Origin: Parcubacteria group bacterium
GTDB taxonomy: Bacteria > Patescibacteriota > Minisyncoccia > Moranbacterales > GCA-2747515
NCBI GenBank assembly: GCA_041660065.1
Contig: JBAZXC010000002.1
Location: 102,866 to 166,865 of the forward strand
Length of the DNA stretch: 64,000 nucleotides
Direction of reading: 5' to 3'
In this document: piece after piece, positions 19,091 through 27,330 of the stretch
Layout of the letters: every line of letters starts with the position of its first letter
Numbering within the stretch: position 1 is the stretch's first letter
The notes under the pieces: generated by a model
The model's database searches: none
Told to the model about the DNA's origin: nothing
Seen by the model: the letters and a program-made list of their open reading frames with translations, nothing else
Translations under genes and position numbers: made by a program

Positions 19091-19999
19091 TTACTGCTGT
19101 ATGTCCTGCGCTGTGCGATTACGTTTTTTGACCAATCGCACGATTACTTCTCCGAGCGATACAATATAAAGAAATACCACAATGCCTGCTGATACGAGAA
19201 ACCCTATTCTTATCGCCCCACTTTGGAAATCCGTACCAATTGCCAACACATGTACAACAACGAGCGCAAAAACGGCAACATGCAAAAAATGCAATCCTCT
19301 CCACAGTTTCTGTGGCAACTTTGCACGTAATAATGATGTGATGATCAAAATGATCATTATATACAACGCGATGATGCCCCATGCAATTGCATGCACATTG
19401 ATCACATCGGGATTTGCTGTAAATGGCACCAAAACCTCTATAAGTGACAAGTGTACAAATGTATCAAACATGAGCACAAGTCCATGCACGAAAATAAAGG
19501 CAAGAGCAAGAAATGAAAAATAGATATGCATATCGAGCTTGTAAATCGGCGCGACAAATCTTTTGAGAAATGGATTGCGAAATGACAGACCAAAAAAGGT
19601 CACTAGCCACAAGAGCACATAGGCCACAATGCCCGTTGCACGAGAAAAATACCATGAGATTGGTGCTCTCTCTGCTGTTGTGTCTGGAACCGTTTCTGCA
19701 AATTGAGTCACCAGCGGATCAGACGCATCGAGCGGATTAGTCCCATTAAGCACCTCCACACCATCAAAAAATCCATCATCATCCGTATCCGGATCATTGC
19801 TATCTGTGCCAAAAATTTGCACCTCTCCCTTATCGGTCAGTGCATCAAGGTCAGTATCAACGATTGGCTCTGTTCCATAATCTACCTTTTCTTGTGCATA
19901 TACAGACCCTGCGATCATCATACTCAAAAAGAACACTACACTAACGCACAATATTTTGTTGTATATCTTCTGTTGCATATATCGTATTATTTTTATCAA
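19091..19999 (-). CDS. Secreted/membrane protein: signal peptide, TSP type-3-like Ca-binding motif, and a C-terminal ferric-reductase-like (MsrQ/YedZ-type) bis-heme transmembrane domain
   Basis: Signal peptide LCVSVVFFLSMMIAGSVYA. DSNDPDTDDDGFFDGVE fits the DxDxDGxxD pattern. TM helices carry His pairs (H-x13-H: HIYFSFLALAFIFVH; HFLHVAVFALVVVH) typical of the FRD heme-b fold. The start overlaps apbE by 59 nt, so the real start may be the Met at about 19978. Confidence 0.55.
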   Translation of the reverse strand: MIKIIRYMQQKIYNKILCVSVVFFLSMMIAGSVYAQEKVDYGTEPIVDTDLDALTDKGEVQIFGTDSNDPDTDDDGFFDGVEVLNGTNPLDASDPLVTQFAETVPDTTAERAPISWYFSRATGIVAYVLLWLVTFFGLSFRNPFLKRFVAPIYKLDMHIYFSFLALAFIFVHGLVLMFDTFVHLSLIEVLVPFTANPDVINVHAIAWGIIALYIMIILIITSLLRAKLPQKLWRGLHFLHVAVFALVVVHVLAIGTDFQSGAIRIGFLVSAGIVVFLYIVSLGEVIVRLVKKRNRTAQDIQQ

Positions 20000-20909
20000 T
20001 AATGATCGCTTTGATGTGATGATCCTGTGCGTATTGCATGCCTTTATCCATGCCCATCAAAAATATCGTTTTTGCCCATACATCCGCCATCTCCACCGAT
20101 CGCGCAATCACCGTAACAGTAGAGAGATCGAACGCTGACATTCCTTCATTTTTTGGATCGATCAAGTGATGTCTTTTTTGATCTCCGATGATCCATTGTC
20201 TGCGCGTCACACCAGACGTTGCAAGTCCCTCTCCATCCACACACAGCGATATTTGTGCATCCTTAAGCCCTTCTATGCCAACGTACCATGATTTTTCCGC
20301 AACATCCTTGCCTTCTACCCACATATCCCCTCCTGCATCGATGATATAACCTTCGCAACGTCCGCGCAAAAATGAACGTGCCTGATCGACCACCCATCCT
20401 TTTACAATACCAGACAGATCGATCTTTTGGTGTATGAGAATCATCGACGCCTCCTTATTGACCACAATATCTCCTGTGATCATTTGTCTGTCGCGATGCG
20501 AGATATTCACATTCTGTGATTTTTTGTGATCAAGCTTATCTATGTAAAAATCATGGTCATAACCCGATTGGATAAGTGCATCATAGATCCGCGGATCAAA
20601 ATATCCTCCCGTTCTGTCATGATAGTATATTGCCCGCTCCACCACATCAATGAATTCTTCCGACACCTGCACATATGCACCCACATGGTTATTTACGAAA
20701 GACAATTCGCTCGCCACGCGAAACCTGCTGAATATCTGTTCCATTTTTTTAAAAAACACTTCGATATTTTCCATGATGTGCGTGATCTCCTCCTTTCCCA
20801 ATTCTTCACTGACGATATCAATTACCACATCCGTACCCATCGCTTTGAATGATCCACTCCAGCGCTCGTTATTTTTCATATACATCAACAATGCCATTAC
20901 GATCATCAT
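19941..20909 (-). CDS. apbE: FAD:protein FMN transferase (flavin transferase ApbE family)
   Basis: Motifs MGTDVVIDI, IDAGGDMWVEG, LATSGVTRRQW and HHLIDPKNEG match the ApbE family. Confidence 0.8.
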   Translation of the reverse strand: MMIVMALLMYMKNNERWSGSFKAMGTDVVIDIVSEELGKEEITHIMENIEVFFKKMEQIFSRFRVASELSFVNNHVGAYVQVSEEFIDVVERAIYYHDRTGGYFDPRIYDALIQSGYDHDFYIDKLDHKKSQNVNISHRDRQMITGDIVVNKEASMILIHQKIDLSGIVKGWVVDQARSFLRGRCEGYIIDAGGDMWVEGKDVAEKSWYVGIEGLKDAQISLCVDGEGLATSGVTRRQWIIGDQKRHHLIDPKNEGMSAFDLSTVTVIARSVEMADVWAKTIFLMGMDKGMQYAQDHHIKAIIIDKNNTIYATEDIQQNIVR

Positions 20910-21246
20910 CCTTTACAATAAAATGGTCATTTATGCTGGGATATTGATCTGTATCATCAAAAATACCATCGCCATCCGTATCAGCTTGTGTTGTGGTAAC
21001 GATTTCTTTTGACACCGTTTCGCTTACAGTCACTATTTCTGTAACAACTGTTTCTTTTGTAACAGCATCGTCAGATCGTTTCTCATCGTCCTCCTCATCC
21101 TCATATTCTTCCTGGTCATCTTCTTCATTCTCCTGTGCAACAACGCGCTGTGCGAAAGAACTATACATAACAACAAAAAAAACAAGGCTCAATACAAGTG
21201 ACATAATTACAGCTATTTTTTTGGATAAATGTTTCATAATATACAC
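20869..21246 (-). CDS. Secreted acidic protein with a TSP3/EF-hand-like Ca-binding motif
   Basis: Signal peptide, then a poly-acidic tract (QENEEDDQEEYEDEEDDEK), then DTDGDGIFDDTD. Confidence 0.5.
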   Translation of the reverse strand: MYIMKHLSKKIAVIMSLVLSLVFFVVMYSSFAQRVVAQENEEDDQEEYEDEEDDEKRSDDAVTKETVVTEIVTVSETVSKEIVTTTQADTDGDGIFDDTDQYPSINDHFIVKDDDRNGIVDVYEK

Positions 21247-21256
21247 AATGAAAAAA

Positions 21257-21601
21257 TTATGACGTTTTCGTTTTTTTTGTCGCTTTTGGTGTTGTTGTGA
21301 CAGTCGGTGTCACAATCCTTTGTGGAGTAACTGTTGTCGTAGTGGTTTGTTGTGTCACCTGTTCCGTTGGTACGTGTGCTGATTTTTGCAATACTATATC
21401 CCTCTCTTTGGCAAAATCCCGTTGTGCGGTTACAATATCACTCTGCATCAATTGATCCATATAATCTTTGATATCACTGTATGTTTTGAGATTTTTTTGT
21501 TGTTCATAATGCACACGAAAACCCAAAACAGCTGCAAGTGTAGCAAATACGCTTGCAAAGAATATCGCGATCTTCAATGGAACATTTTGCATTTTCATCA
21601 T
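21257..21601 (-). CDS. Membrane-anchored hypothetical protein with a Thr-rich low-complexity tail
   Basis: N-terminal TM (IAIFFASVFATLAAVLGF). C-terminus is TTTTTVTPQRIVTPTVTTTPKATKKTKTS. Confidence 0.45.
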   Translation of the reverse strand: MMKMQNVPLKIAIFFASVFATLAAVLGFRVHYEQQKNLKTYSDIKDYMDQLMQSDIVTAQRDFAKERDIVLQKSAHVPTEQVTQQTTTTTVTPQRIVTPTVTTTPKATKKTKTS

Positions 21602-21615
21602 AAATTAACAGCTTA

Positions 21616-22098
21616 TTATATTAGCGCATACAATGCGATACCGGCAGCAACCGACACGTTGAGCGATTTCTTTTGTCCATACATTGGAATATCGATCATC
21701 ACATCACATCGTGCCAATGTTTCTTCATCGATACCAACAGGTTCATTGCCAAGCACAAGCGCGATATTCCCGACAGGTTTATATGAACGAAAATCAATAC
21801 TCCGCTCTCCTTGTTCCAGCGCAACGATCGTCACAGATCCTTTTTTCAATTCTGTCGCAACATCCGCAAAATCGTGATGTTGTGACCATGACACATATTC
21901 ATTCGCACCCAGCGCCGTTTTGATGATCATACGCTCAGGCTTGGTTGTGTAAATCCGTGTGCCGTCCGGCGGTGCAGGCGTATATCCCGTGAGATAAATA
22001 TGATCCACACCAGCACCGTCTGCCGTACGAAAAATCGCCCCGACATTATATGCAGACCGGACATTATGTAATACCAGATAAAATTTTTTTTCTTTCAT
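21616..22098 (-). CDS. SpoU/TrmH-family RNA 2'-O-methyltransferase (TrmL-like)
   Basis: 160 aa. SPOUT-class signatures present: NVGAIFRTADGAGV, LVLGNEPVGI and the C-terminal knot region SLNVSVAAGIALY. Confidence 0.75.
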   Translation of the reverse strand: MKEKKFYLVLHNVRSAYNVGAIFRTADGAGVDHIYLTGYTPAPPDGTRIYTTKPERMIIKTALGANEYVSWSQHHDFADVATELKKGSVTIVALEQGERSIDFRSYKPVGNIALVLGNEPVGIDEETLARCDVMIDIPMYGQKKSLNVSVAAGIALYALI

Positions 22099-22116
22099 AC
22101 GTTATCAAAAAACCTT

Positions 22117-22659
22117 TTAAATGTGCATCTTTTTGAGATCTCTGCGCAACTCTTTATATCGCGGGATCGTCTGTGCCACAAGTATCCAAAATTGCTTAGA
22201 ATGATTCATTTCCCACAAGTGACACATCTCATGCACTATTACATAATCGCGCAAATCATCAGATACACACATCAGTTTACAATTAAAACTCAATGTACCG
22301 TCAGAGCTGCAGCTACCCCATCGCGTCTTTTGATGTCTGATATGTATTTTTGTATATACATATTTATAGTGTGTATTGAAATATGCTAATCGCTCTTCAA
22401 TGATTGGTCGCAAAACTTTTTTCATATGTTTCACAACACATGGATCAACAGTGACATTTTTATGTTTTGTCGTGATATTTTTTCTGATCCATTGTACATT
22501 GCGCGCGATCAAATCTTTCACCATCACCGTCGTACACGCACGTGGCACAGATACCACAAGTGATCCATCATGATGCGTGATAAATCTTACATGTTTTTGG
22601 CGTGATCGCCGCTTGATCGTAAAAGGGATTTTTTTATTATCAACAATAATATGCTCCAT
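22117..22659 (-). CDS. YgjP-like (DUF45) predicted metal-dependent hydrolase with an HExxH motif
   Basis: HEMCHLWEMNHSKQFW matches the DUF45/M48-like zinc-hydrolase signature. Confidence 0.65.
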   Translation of the reverse strand: MEHIIVDNKKIPFTIKRRSRQKHVRFITHHDGSLVVSVPRACTTVMVKDLIARNVQWIRKNITTKHKNVTVDPCVVKHMKKVLRPIIEERLAYFNTHYKYVYTKIHIRHQKTRWGSCSSDGTLSFNCKLMCVSDDLRDYVIVHEMCHLWEMNHSKQFWILVAQTIPRYKELRRDLKKMHI

Positions 22660-22675
22660 GTAAAAAATTTATTAT

Positions 22676-24535
22676 TCAAGACTTCACTATTTTTGTGATC
22701 TGTTTTATGATCGCCTCTATAGATAATCCGGCATCCGTAAGTACCTCTTCACGAGATCCGTGTGTCAAAAAAACATCCGGCAAACCCATATTATGCACAC
22801 GCACATCAATGCCCTGTGCCAATACGCATTCATTTACAGCGCTTCCCGCTCCGCCCATTACAGCATTATCTTCCACCGTTACAATGTGGCGATGCGTCTT
22901 GCATAATCTCTTGATCACTTGTGTATCCAATGGCTTGACGAATCGCATATTTACGAGTGTTGCATCCATTGTCTCCGCAACGACCATACACCGATCCACC
23001 ATTGCGCCAAATGCAAGGATCACCACATTTTTTCCTTTACGCAATACCATCGCTTTGCCTAAAACGATCTCACTAGTATTTCCTTTTAATTGTTCTTGAC
23101 CACTGCATCGTGGATAGCGCACTGCACTCGGGCCGACGTGGTCATATGCAAATTGCAACATCTTTTTACTCTCCTCCAAATCTGCCGGCGCAAGGATGAC
23201 CATGTTTGGTATGCATCGCAAAAACGACAGATCAAAACTGCCTGCGTGTGTCGCACCATCCGGACCCACAATGCCGGCCCGATCGATCGCAAACATCACA
23301 TCGAGATTTTGCAAAGCAACATCGTGAATGAGCTGATCGTATGCGCGTTGCAAAAATGTTGAGTAGATTGCTACTACCGGTTTAACACCACCTGTCGCAA
23401 GTCCGGCGGCAAATGTCACAGCATGTTGTTCTGCAATACCCACATCATGATGACGCTCCGAATATTTTTGATGGAATTCTTTGAGACCGGAACCCTCCAG
23501 CATTGCCGGCGTGATCGCATGAAGCCTTTTGTCCTTCTTTGCCGCCTCACAAACCCACTGCGCAAACACATCGGTATATGTTTTATTTTTTTTCTTTTGA
23601 TCGCTCTTTTCTCCGGTTTGCGGATCGAACGGTCCCACAGCGTGCAACGACGTGCGATCATTCTTTGCATGGATATATCCTTTTCCCTTCGTTGTTACAA
23701 TATGCAGAAAGCGCGGTCCTTTGATGTCTTTGAGATTATGCAACACCTCAGCAAGCGTTTTGACATCATGTCCATCAATTGGTCCGAAATACAAAAATCC
23801 CAATTCTTCAAAAAGCGTCCCCGGCGTCAGCATGCCTTTCGCATAAAGTTCCGTTTTGCGCGCAAGCTCGTGGATCGTTGGAGATTTGCGCGAGAGAAGG
23901 TCTTTGCTTTCCTTGCGCAAACGCTGAAATCGCCGCGATGAAATAAGCCGTGTTAAATATTTGTGCATTGCGCCTACATTTGGTGAGATCGACATTTTAT
24001 TATCATTGAGAACCACCAACACGTCCGCCATTACATCACCCGCATGATTGAGCGCCTCAAATGCCATACCACCCGTAAGCGCACCATCCCCGATCACGGC
24101 AATATGTTTTTCTTTTTTATCCTTTGACGCAAGTGCCATACCAACCGCCGCACTGATTGATGTTGTAGAGTGTCCCACACCAAAAGCATCATGATCACTC
24201 TCTTCTCTTTTGGGAAATGGCGAGAGTCCATCCTTCTGACGGATCGTGCACAGATAATCTTTGCGTCCCGTAAGGATCTTGTGTGGATATGCCTGATGAC
24301 CCACATCCCAGATAATTTTATCTCGCGGTGAATTGAACACGTGGTGCAAAGCAACCGTTAATTCCACAACACCAAGATTGGAACCAAAATGCCCACCCGT
24401 ACGTGCTACAGATTCAATGAGAAAATCACGCACTTCATCACACAAGATACACAGTTGTTCATGTGTGAGTTTTTGTACGTCCCCCGGACCATTGATCTTA
24501 TGCAGAATTTTATATTTTTCCGAACTTTGAGACAT
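22676..24535 (-). CDS. dxs: 1-deoxy-D-xylulose-5-phosphate synthase
   Basis: DXS N-terminus MSQSSEKYKILHKINGPGDVQKL, plus a TPP motif (GDGALTGGMAFEALNHAG) and a transketolase-like C-terminus. The start is the ATG at 24535. The track's 59-aa N-terminal extension (to 24712) overlaps the sufS promoter and start and is rejected. Confidence 0.95.
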   Translation of the reverse strand: MSQSSEKYKILHKINGPGDVQKLTHEQLCILCDEVRDFLIESVARTGGHFGSNLGVVELTVALHHVFNSPRDKIIWDVGHQAYPHKILTGRKDYLCTIRQKDGLSPFPKREESDHDAFGVGHSTTSISAAVGMALASKDKKEKHIAVIGDGALTGGMAFEALNHAGDVMADVLVVLNDNKMSISPNVGAMHKYLTRLISSRRFQRLRKESKDLLSRKSPTIHELARKTELYAKGMLTPGTLFEELGFLYFGPIDGHDVKTLAEVLHNLKDIKGPRFLHIVTTKGKGYIHAKNDRTSLHAVGPFDPQTGEKSDQKKKNKTYTDVFAQWVCEAAKKDKRLHAITPAMLEGSGLKEFHQKYSERHHDVGIAEQHAVTFAAGLATGGVKPVVAIYSTFLQRAYDQLIHDVALQNLDVMFAIDRAGIVGPDGATHAGSFDLSFLRCIPNMVILAPADLEESKKMLQFAYDHVGPSAVRYPRCSGQEQLKGNTSEIVLGKAMVLRKGKNVVILAFGAMVDRCMVVAETMDATLVNMRFVKPLDTQVIKRLCKTHRHIVTVEDNAVMGGAGSAVNECVLAQGIDVRVHNMGLPDVFLTHGSREEVLTDAGLSIEAIIKQITKIVKS

Positions 24536-24566
24536 ATGCGCTATTTTAACACAATTTGAAAATCTT

Positions 24567-24595
24567 TTGACATTTTTCAACACATAAAATACAGT
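24567..24595 (+). promoter_or_regulatory. Promoter for sufS (TTGACA, 17-nt spacer, TACAGT) placed for a leaderless transcript
   Basis: TTGACA tttttcaacacataaaa TACAGT acaagat ATG. Only 7 nt separate the -10 from the start codon. Confidence 0.45.
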
Positions 24596-24602
24596 ACAAG
24601 AT

Positions 24603-25829
24603 ATGAATACAATAGCAAAAAAGGAGGATTTCCCTATTTTTACACAAAACCCACAACTTGTATACCTCGACTCCGCCGCGACAGCATTGACGCCACAGAT
24701 CGTCATCGACAAATTGTGCGAATATTACACTACATACAACGCCAATATTGCACGCGGTCTTTATGCGATTAGCACGCGTGCAACGATTGAATTTGAAGCG
24801 TCACGACAAGTTGTTGCTCAATTTATCAATGCACGCGAAAATGAGATCGTTTTTACTTCCGGCACCACGATGAGTCTCAATATGATCGCATATGGGTTAG
24901 CCGATACGATCACAGCGCAAAACAATATCGTTACGACCGCCATGGAGCATCATGCGAATTTTATCCCATGGCAACAACTCTGCGAAAGAACAGGTGCCCA
25001 ATTTCGTGTTGCCACGATCACAGAAGACGGAGAGATTGATCAAAATCATCTACTAGACCTCATTGACGCCGATACGTCCGTTGTTGCATTGACCCATGTA
25101 TCCAATGTTCTCGGAACGATCAATCCGATCAAGGAGATCATCGCAAAAATCCGAACAAAAAAACCTGACACACTGATTGTCATCGATGCCGCACAGTCGA
25201 TCGCACACTTACCGATCGATGTTGCTGATATTGATTGTGATTTCCTCGCTTTTTCCATGCATAAAGTTTTTGGCCCGACTGGTGTCGGCATCCTCTATGG
25301 CAAAAAGAGCTCCCTCGAAAAACTCCGACCCGTTTTTACCGGTGGCGACATGATCGAAAGCGTGTCCACTTGCACCACAACATTTCGCGAACTCCCGCAT
25401 CGATTAGAAGCCGGTACACCACATATTGCCGGCGTGATCGCAACCAAAACCGCACTTGACTATCTCTCACGCATTGGTTATCAAGCAATTCGTGCACATG
25501 AAGAAGATCTCCTTGCATATTGTATCTCGCAATTGAAAGAACATTTCGGAGAGACAATTACAATTATCGGACCAAAAGAGATCGAAAAACGTTCCGGGCT
25601 TATCAGTTTTACGTTTGGCAATTTCCACCCGCACGACATCGCCACGATCCTTGATGACAGCGCCTCTGTCGCGATTCGTGCCGGACAACACTGCACGATG
25701 CCACTCCACATCGAAACCCTCCACATCAACGCTACCGCTCGCGCGAGCTTCTCTATTTACAACACCAGAGAGGACATCGACGCTCTTATCACCGGCCTCA
25801 AAAATGTTTCCGATACACTGTCAAAATAA
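24603..25829 (+). CDS. sufS: Cysteine desulfurase (class V aminotransferase, SufS/NifS-like)
   Basis: 408 aa. PLP-lysine region SMHKVFGPTGVGILY. Followed by sufU and sufT homologues. Confidence 0.85.
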   Translation: MNTIAKKEDFPIFTQNPQLVYLDSAATALTPQIVIDKLCEYYTTYNANIARGLYAISTRATIEFEASRQVVAQFINARENEIVFTSGTTMSLNMIAYGLADTITAQNNIVTTAMEHHANFIPWQQLCERTGAQFRVATITEDGEIDQNHLLDLIDADTSVVALTHVSNVLGTINPIKEIIAKIRTKKPDTLIVIDAAQSIAHLPIDVADIDCDFLAFSMHKVFGPTGVGILYGKKSSLEKLRPVFTGGDMIESVSTCTTTFRELPHRLEAGTPHIAGVIATKTALDYLSRIGYQAIRAHEEDLLAYCISQLKEHFGETITIIGPKEIEKRSGLISFTFGNFHPHDIATILDDSASVAIRAGQHCTMPLHIETLHINATARASFSIYNTREDIDALITGLKNVSDTLSK

Positions 25830-25891
25830 TACTTCCTATGACCATTTTTCTTTTCCTACCACCTACAACCTAACTCTTACCACCTATTTAT

Positions 25892-26269
25892 ATGAACATT
25901 TACCAAGAAAAAATTCTCGACCATTACCACAATCCGCGCAACGCCGGCACGATTGACGCACCTACACATAAATGTTGTGCCGACAATCCTACATGCGGAG
26001 ATAAGATCTGTGTCACACTCATGATCGATGACGATCATATCACTGATGTAAAATTTACCGGTGACGGTTGCGCCATCTCTCAAGCGGCAGCGTCACTTGT
26101 CACAGAAAAGATCAGTGGCAATACAGTTGTAAACGCACTAAAACTCACACGCAATGATATTACAGAGATGCTTGGCGTAGAGATCGGCATCGGTCGCATT
26201 AAATGTGCTCTCCTCGGCATCGAAACCATTCAAAAAGCCATTCAATGCGGACAGGTCGATAAAAACTAA
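25892..26269 (+). CDS. sufU: Fe-S cluster assembly scaffold (SufU/IscU-like, NifU N-terminal domain)
   Basis: Conserved Cys ligands in GDKICVTLMID, FTGDGCAISQAAASL and RIKCALLG. Confidence 0.75.
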   Translation: MNIYQEKILDHYHNPRNAGTIDAPTHKCCADNPTCGDKICVTLMIDDDHITDVKFTGDGCAISQAAASLVTEKISGNTVVNALKLTRNDITEMLGVEIGIGRIKCALLGIETIQKAIQCGQVDKN

Positions 26270-26315
26270 ACCGTTCGTCATTTTTTCTAAAAAACCCAAG
26301 ATTCTATAACATCTT

Positions 26316-26615
26316 ATGTACATCGACAAAGACTTATTACAAAAACTACACACCGTTATCGATCCGGAGCTCAACATCCCCATCACCGACATGGGACTGA
26401 TCTATGGCATCAAACAAGTTGACGATACTGTCCACGTCACCATGACACTCACAACGATCGGCTGTCCGCTCTATGACGTGATCCATGACGAGATCGTGCG
26501 CACACTCACCACAGACCCTTCGATCAAAGACGTGCAAATTGAACTCACATTTGATCCCCCATGGACACCGGACATGATGACCGACGCCACTAAAATGGAA
26601 ATTGGATTTTTGTAG
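26316..26615 (+). CDS. sufT: DUF59 / SufT-like Fe-S assembly protein (MIP18 family)
   Basis: IDPELNIPITDMGLIYGI...TLTTIGCPL is characteristic of DUF59. Confidence 0.7.
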   Translation: MYIDKDLLQKLHTVIDPELNIPITDMGLIYGIKQVDDTVHVTMTLTTIGCPLYDVIHDEIVRTLTTDPSIKDVQIELTFDPPWTPDMMTDATKMEIGFL

Positions 26616-26637
26616 CATTTACTTTTTATGCCAAAAA

Positions 26638-26661
26638 CAAAAAAATTGTCATTCCTGCGAA
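26638..26661. repeat. 24-bp palindromic element gtcattcctgcgaaggcaggaatc (stem attcctgc/gcaggaat); likely a bidirectional terminator and the left copy of a pair flanking the GIY-YIG gene
   Basis: 8-bp perfect stem with a gaag loop. A-rich upstream and T-rich downstream on both strands. A near-identical copy sits at 27145-27168. Confidence 0.8.
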
Positions 26662-26678
26662 GGCAGGAATCTTTACAT

Positions 26679-26948
26679 TTACAAAGTTTCATATAGATCC
26701 TTCCAATGCGGGTTTTCTTTCTCAATCAAATTGATTTTCCAATCTCTTTTCCATTTTTTTAATTGCTTTTCACGCACCAGCGCAGAGTGAACATCAGTCG
26801 TTTGTTCAAAATACATCAACCTATGCACAAAATATTTCTGCGTGAATCCGTCTGCTATATTATTTTTGTGCTCCCACACTCTTTTTTGAAGATTGGATGT
26901 TACGCCAATATACAATACACCGTTTTTCTTGCTTGCTAAAATATACAC
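26679..26948 (-). CDS. GIY-YIG nuclease superfamily protein (UPF0213/YhbQ-like)
   Basis: YILASKKNGVLYIGVTSNLQKRVWEHK is a classic GIY-YIG motif. GTG start; the frame is closed by a stop 3 codons upstream. Confidence 0.8.
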   Translation of the reverse strand: MYILASKKNGVLYIGVTSNLQKRVWEHKNNIADGFTQKYFVHRLMYFEQTTDVHSALVREKQLKKWKRDWKINLIEKENPHWKDLYETL

Positions 26949-26956
26949 GAAATATT

Positions 26957-27116
26957 ATACCATCCTCAACTAACCACTTCTCATAAGTCGCAGTAAAATC
27001 TTGCGCAAAAACTGGAGAAAAAATACGAAGCATATCTGGATATATGTAGTATTTTTTATCCTGTTTTTGCCAAGATTTTCAAGACTTGGTGGGGAGTGGT
27101 TAGTTGAGGATGGTAT
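26957..27116. repeat. 21-bp perfect inverted repeat (ataccatcctcaactaaccac / gtggttagttgaggatggtat) bracketing a 118-bp segment just upstream of the GIY-YIG start
   Basis: Exact reverse-complement arms at 26957-26977 and 27096-27116. Confidence 0.9.
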
Positions 27117-27144
27117 TACTTCATTTTTTTGATATGAAAGAAAG

Positions 27145-27168
27145 ATTCCTGCCTGCGCAGGAATGACG
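27145..27168. repeat. Second copy (inverted orientation) of the 24-bp palindromic element: gattcctgcctgcgcaggaatgac
   Basis: Its reverse complement gtcattcctgcgcaggcaggaatc differs from the 26638-26661 copy only in the loop. Confidence 0.8.
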
Positions 27169-27204
27169 CGTAGAGGGTTTGCTTATATCTTTTCTAAATC
27201 CCTA

Positions 27205-27330
27205 CTGTGTCGGATTTCACTGGGTTTGCCCTGTGAAATTACTTCATACCGACCGAGTCGGATTTAACTGGGTTTACCCTGTTAAATTACTTTGTACCAA
27301 CTGCGTTGGATTTAACAGGGTCAACCCATT
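27205..27330. repeat. About 2.6 tandem copies of a 48-bp repeat overlapping the 3' end of ispG
   Basis: Unit A (27205-27252) and unit B (27253-27300) share 40 of 48 positions. A partial third unit runs 27301-27330. This repeat generates the spurious plus ORF 27179-27589 with VGFHWVCPVKLL/VGFNWVYPVKLL repeats. Confidence 0.85.

Noticed and set aside
24536-24712. 59-aa N-terminal extension of the dxs ORF (track start at 24712)
   Set aside because: The extension would overlap the sufS promoter and the first 36 codons of sufS on the other strand, and it contains no DXS-conserved residues. The ATG at 24535 starts the conserved DXS N-terminus and has its own extended -10 promoter.
27205-27330. Possible CRISPR array
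   Set aside because: Only about 2.6 degenerate direct repeats with no intervening unique spacers, and no cas genes in the window. This is a simple tandem repeat.
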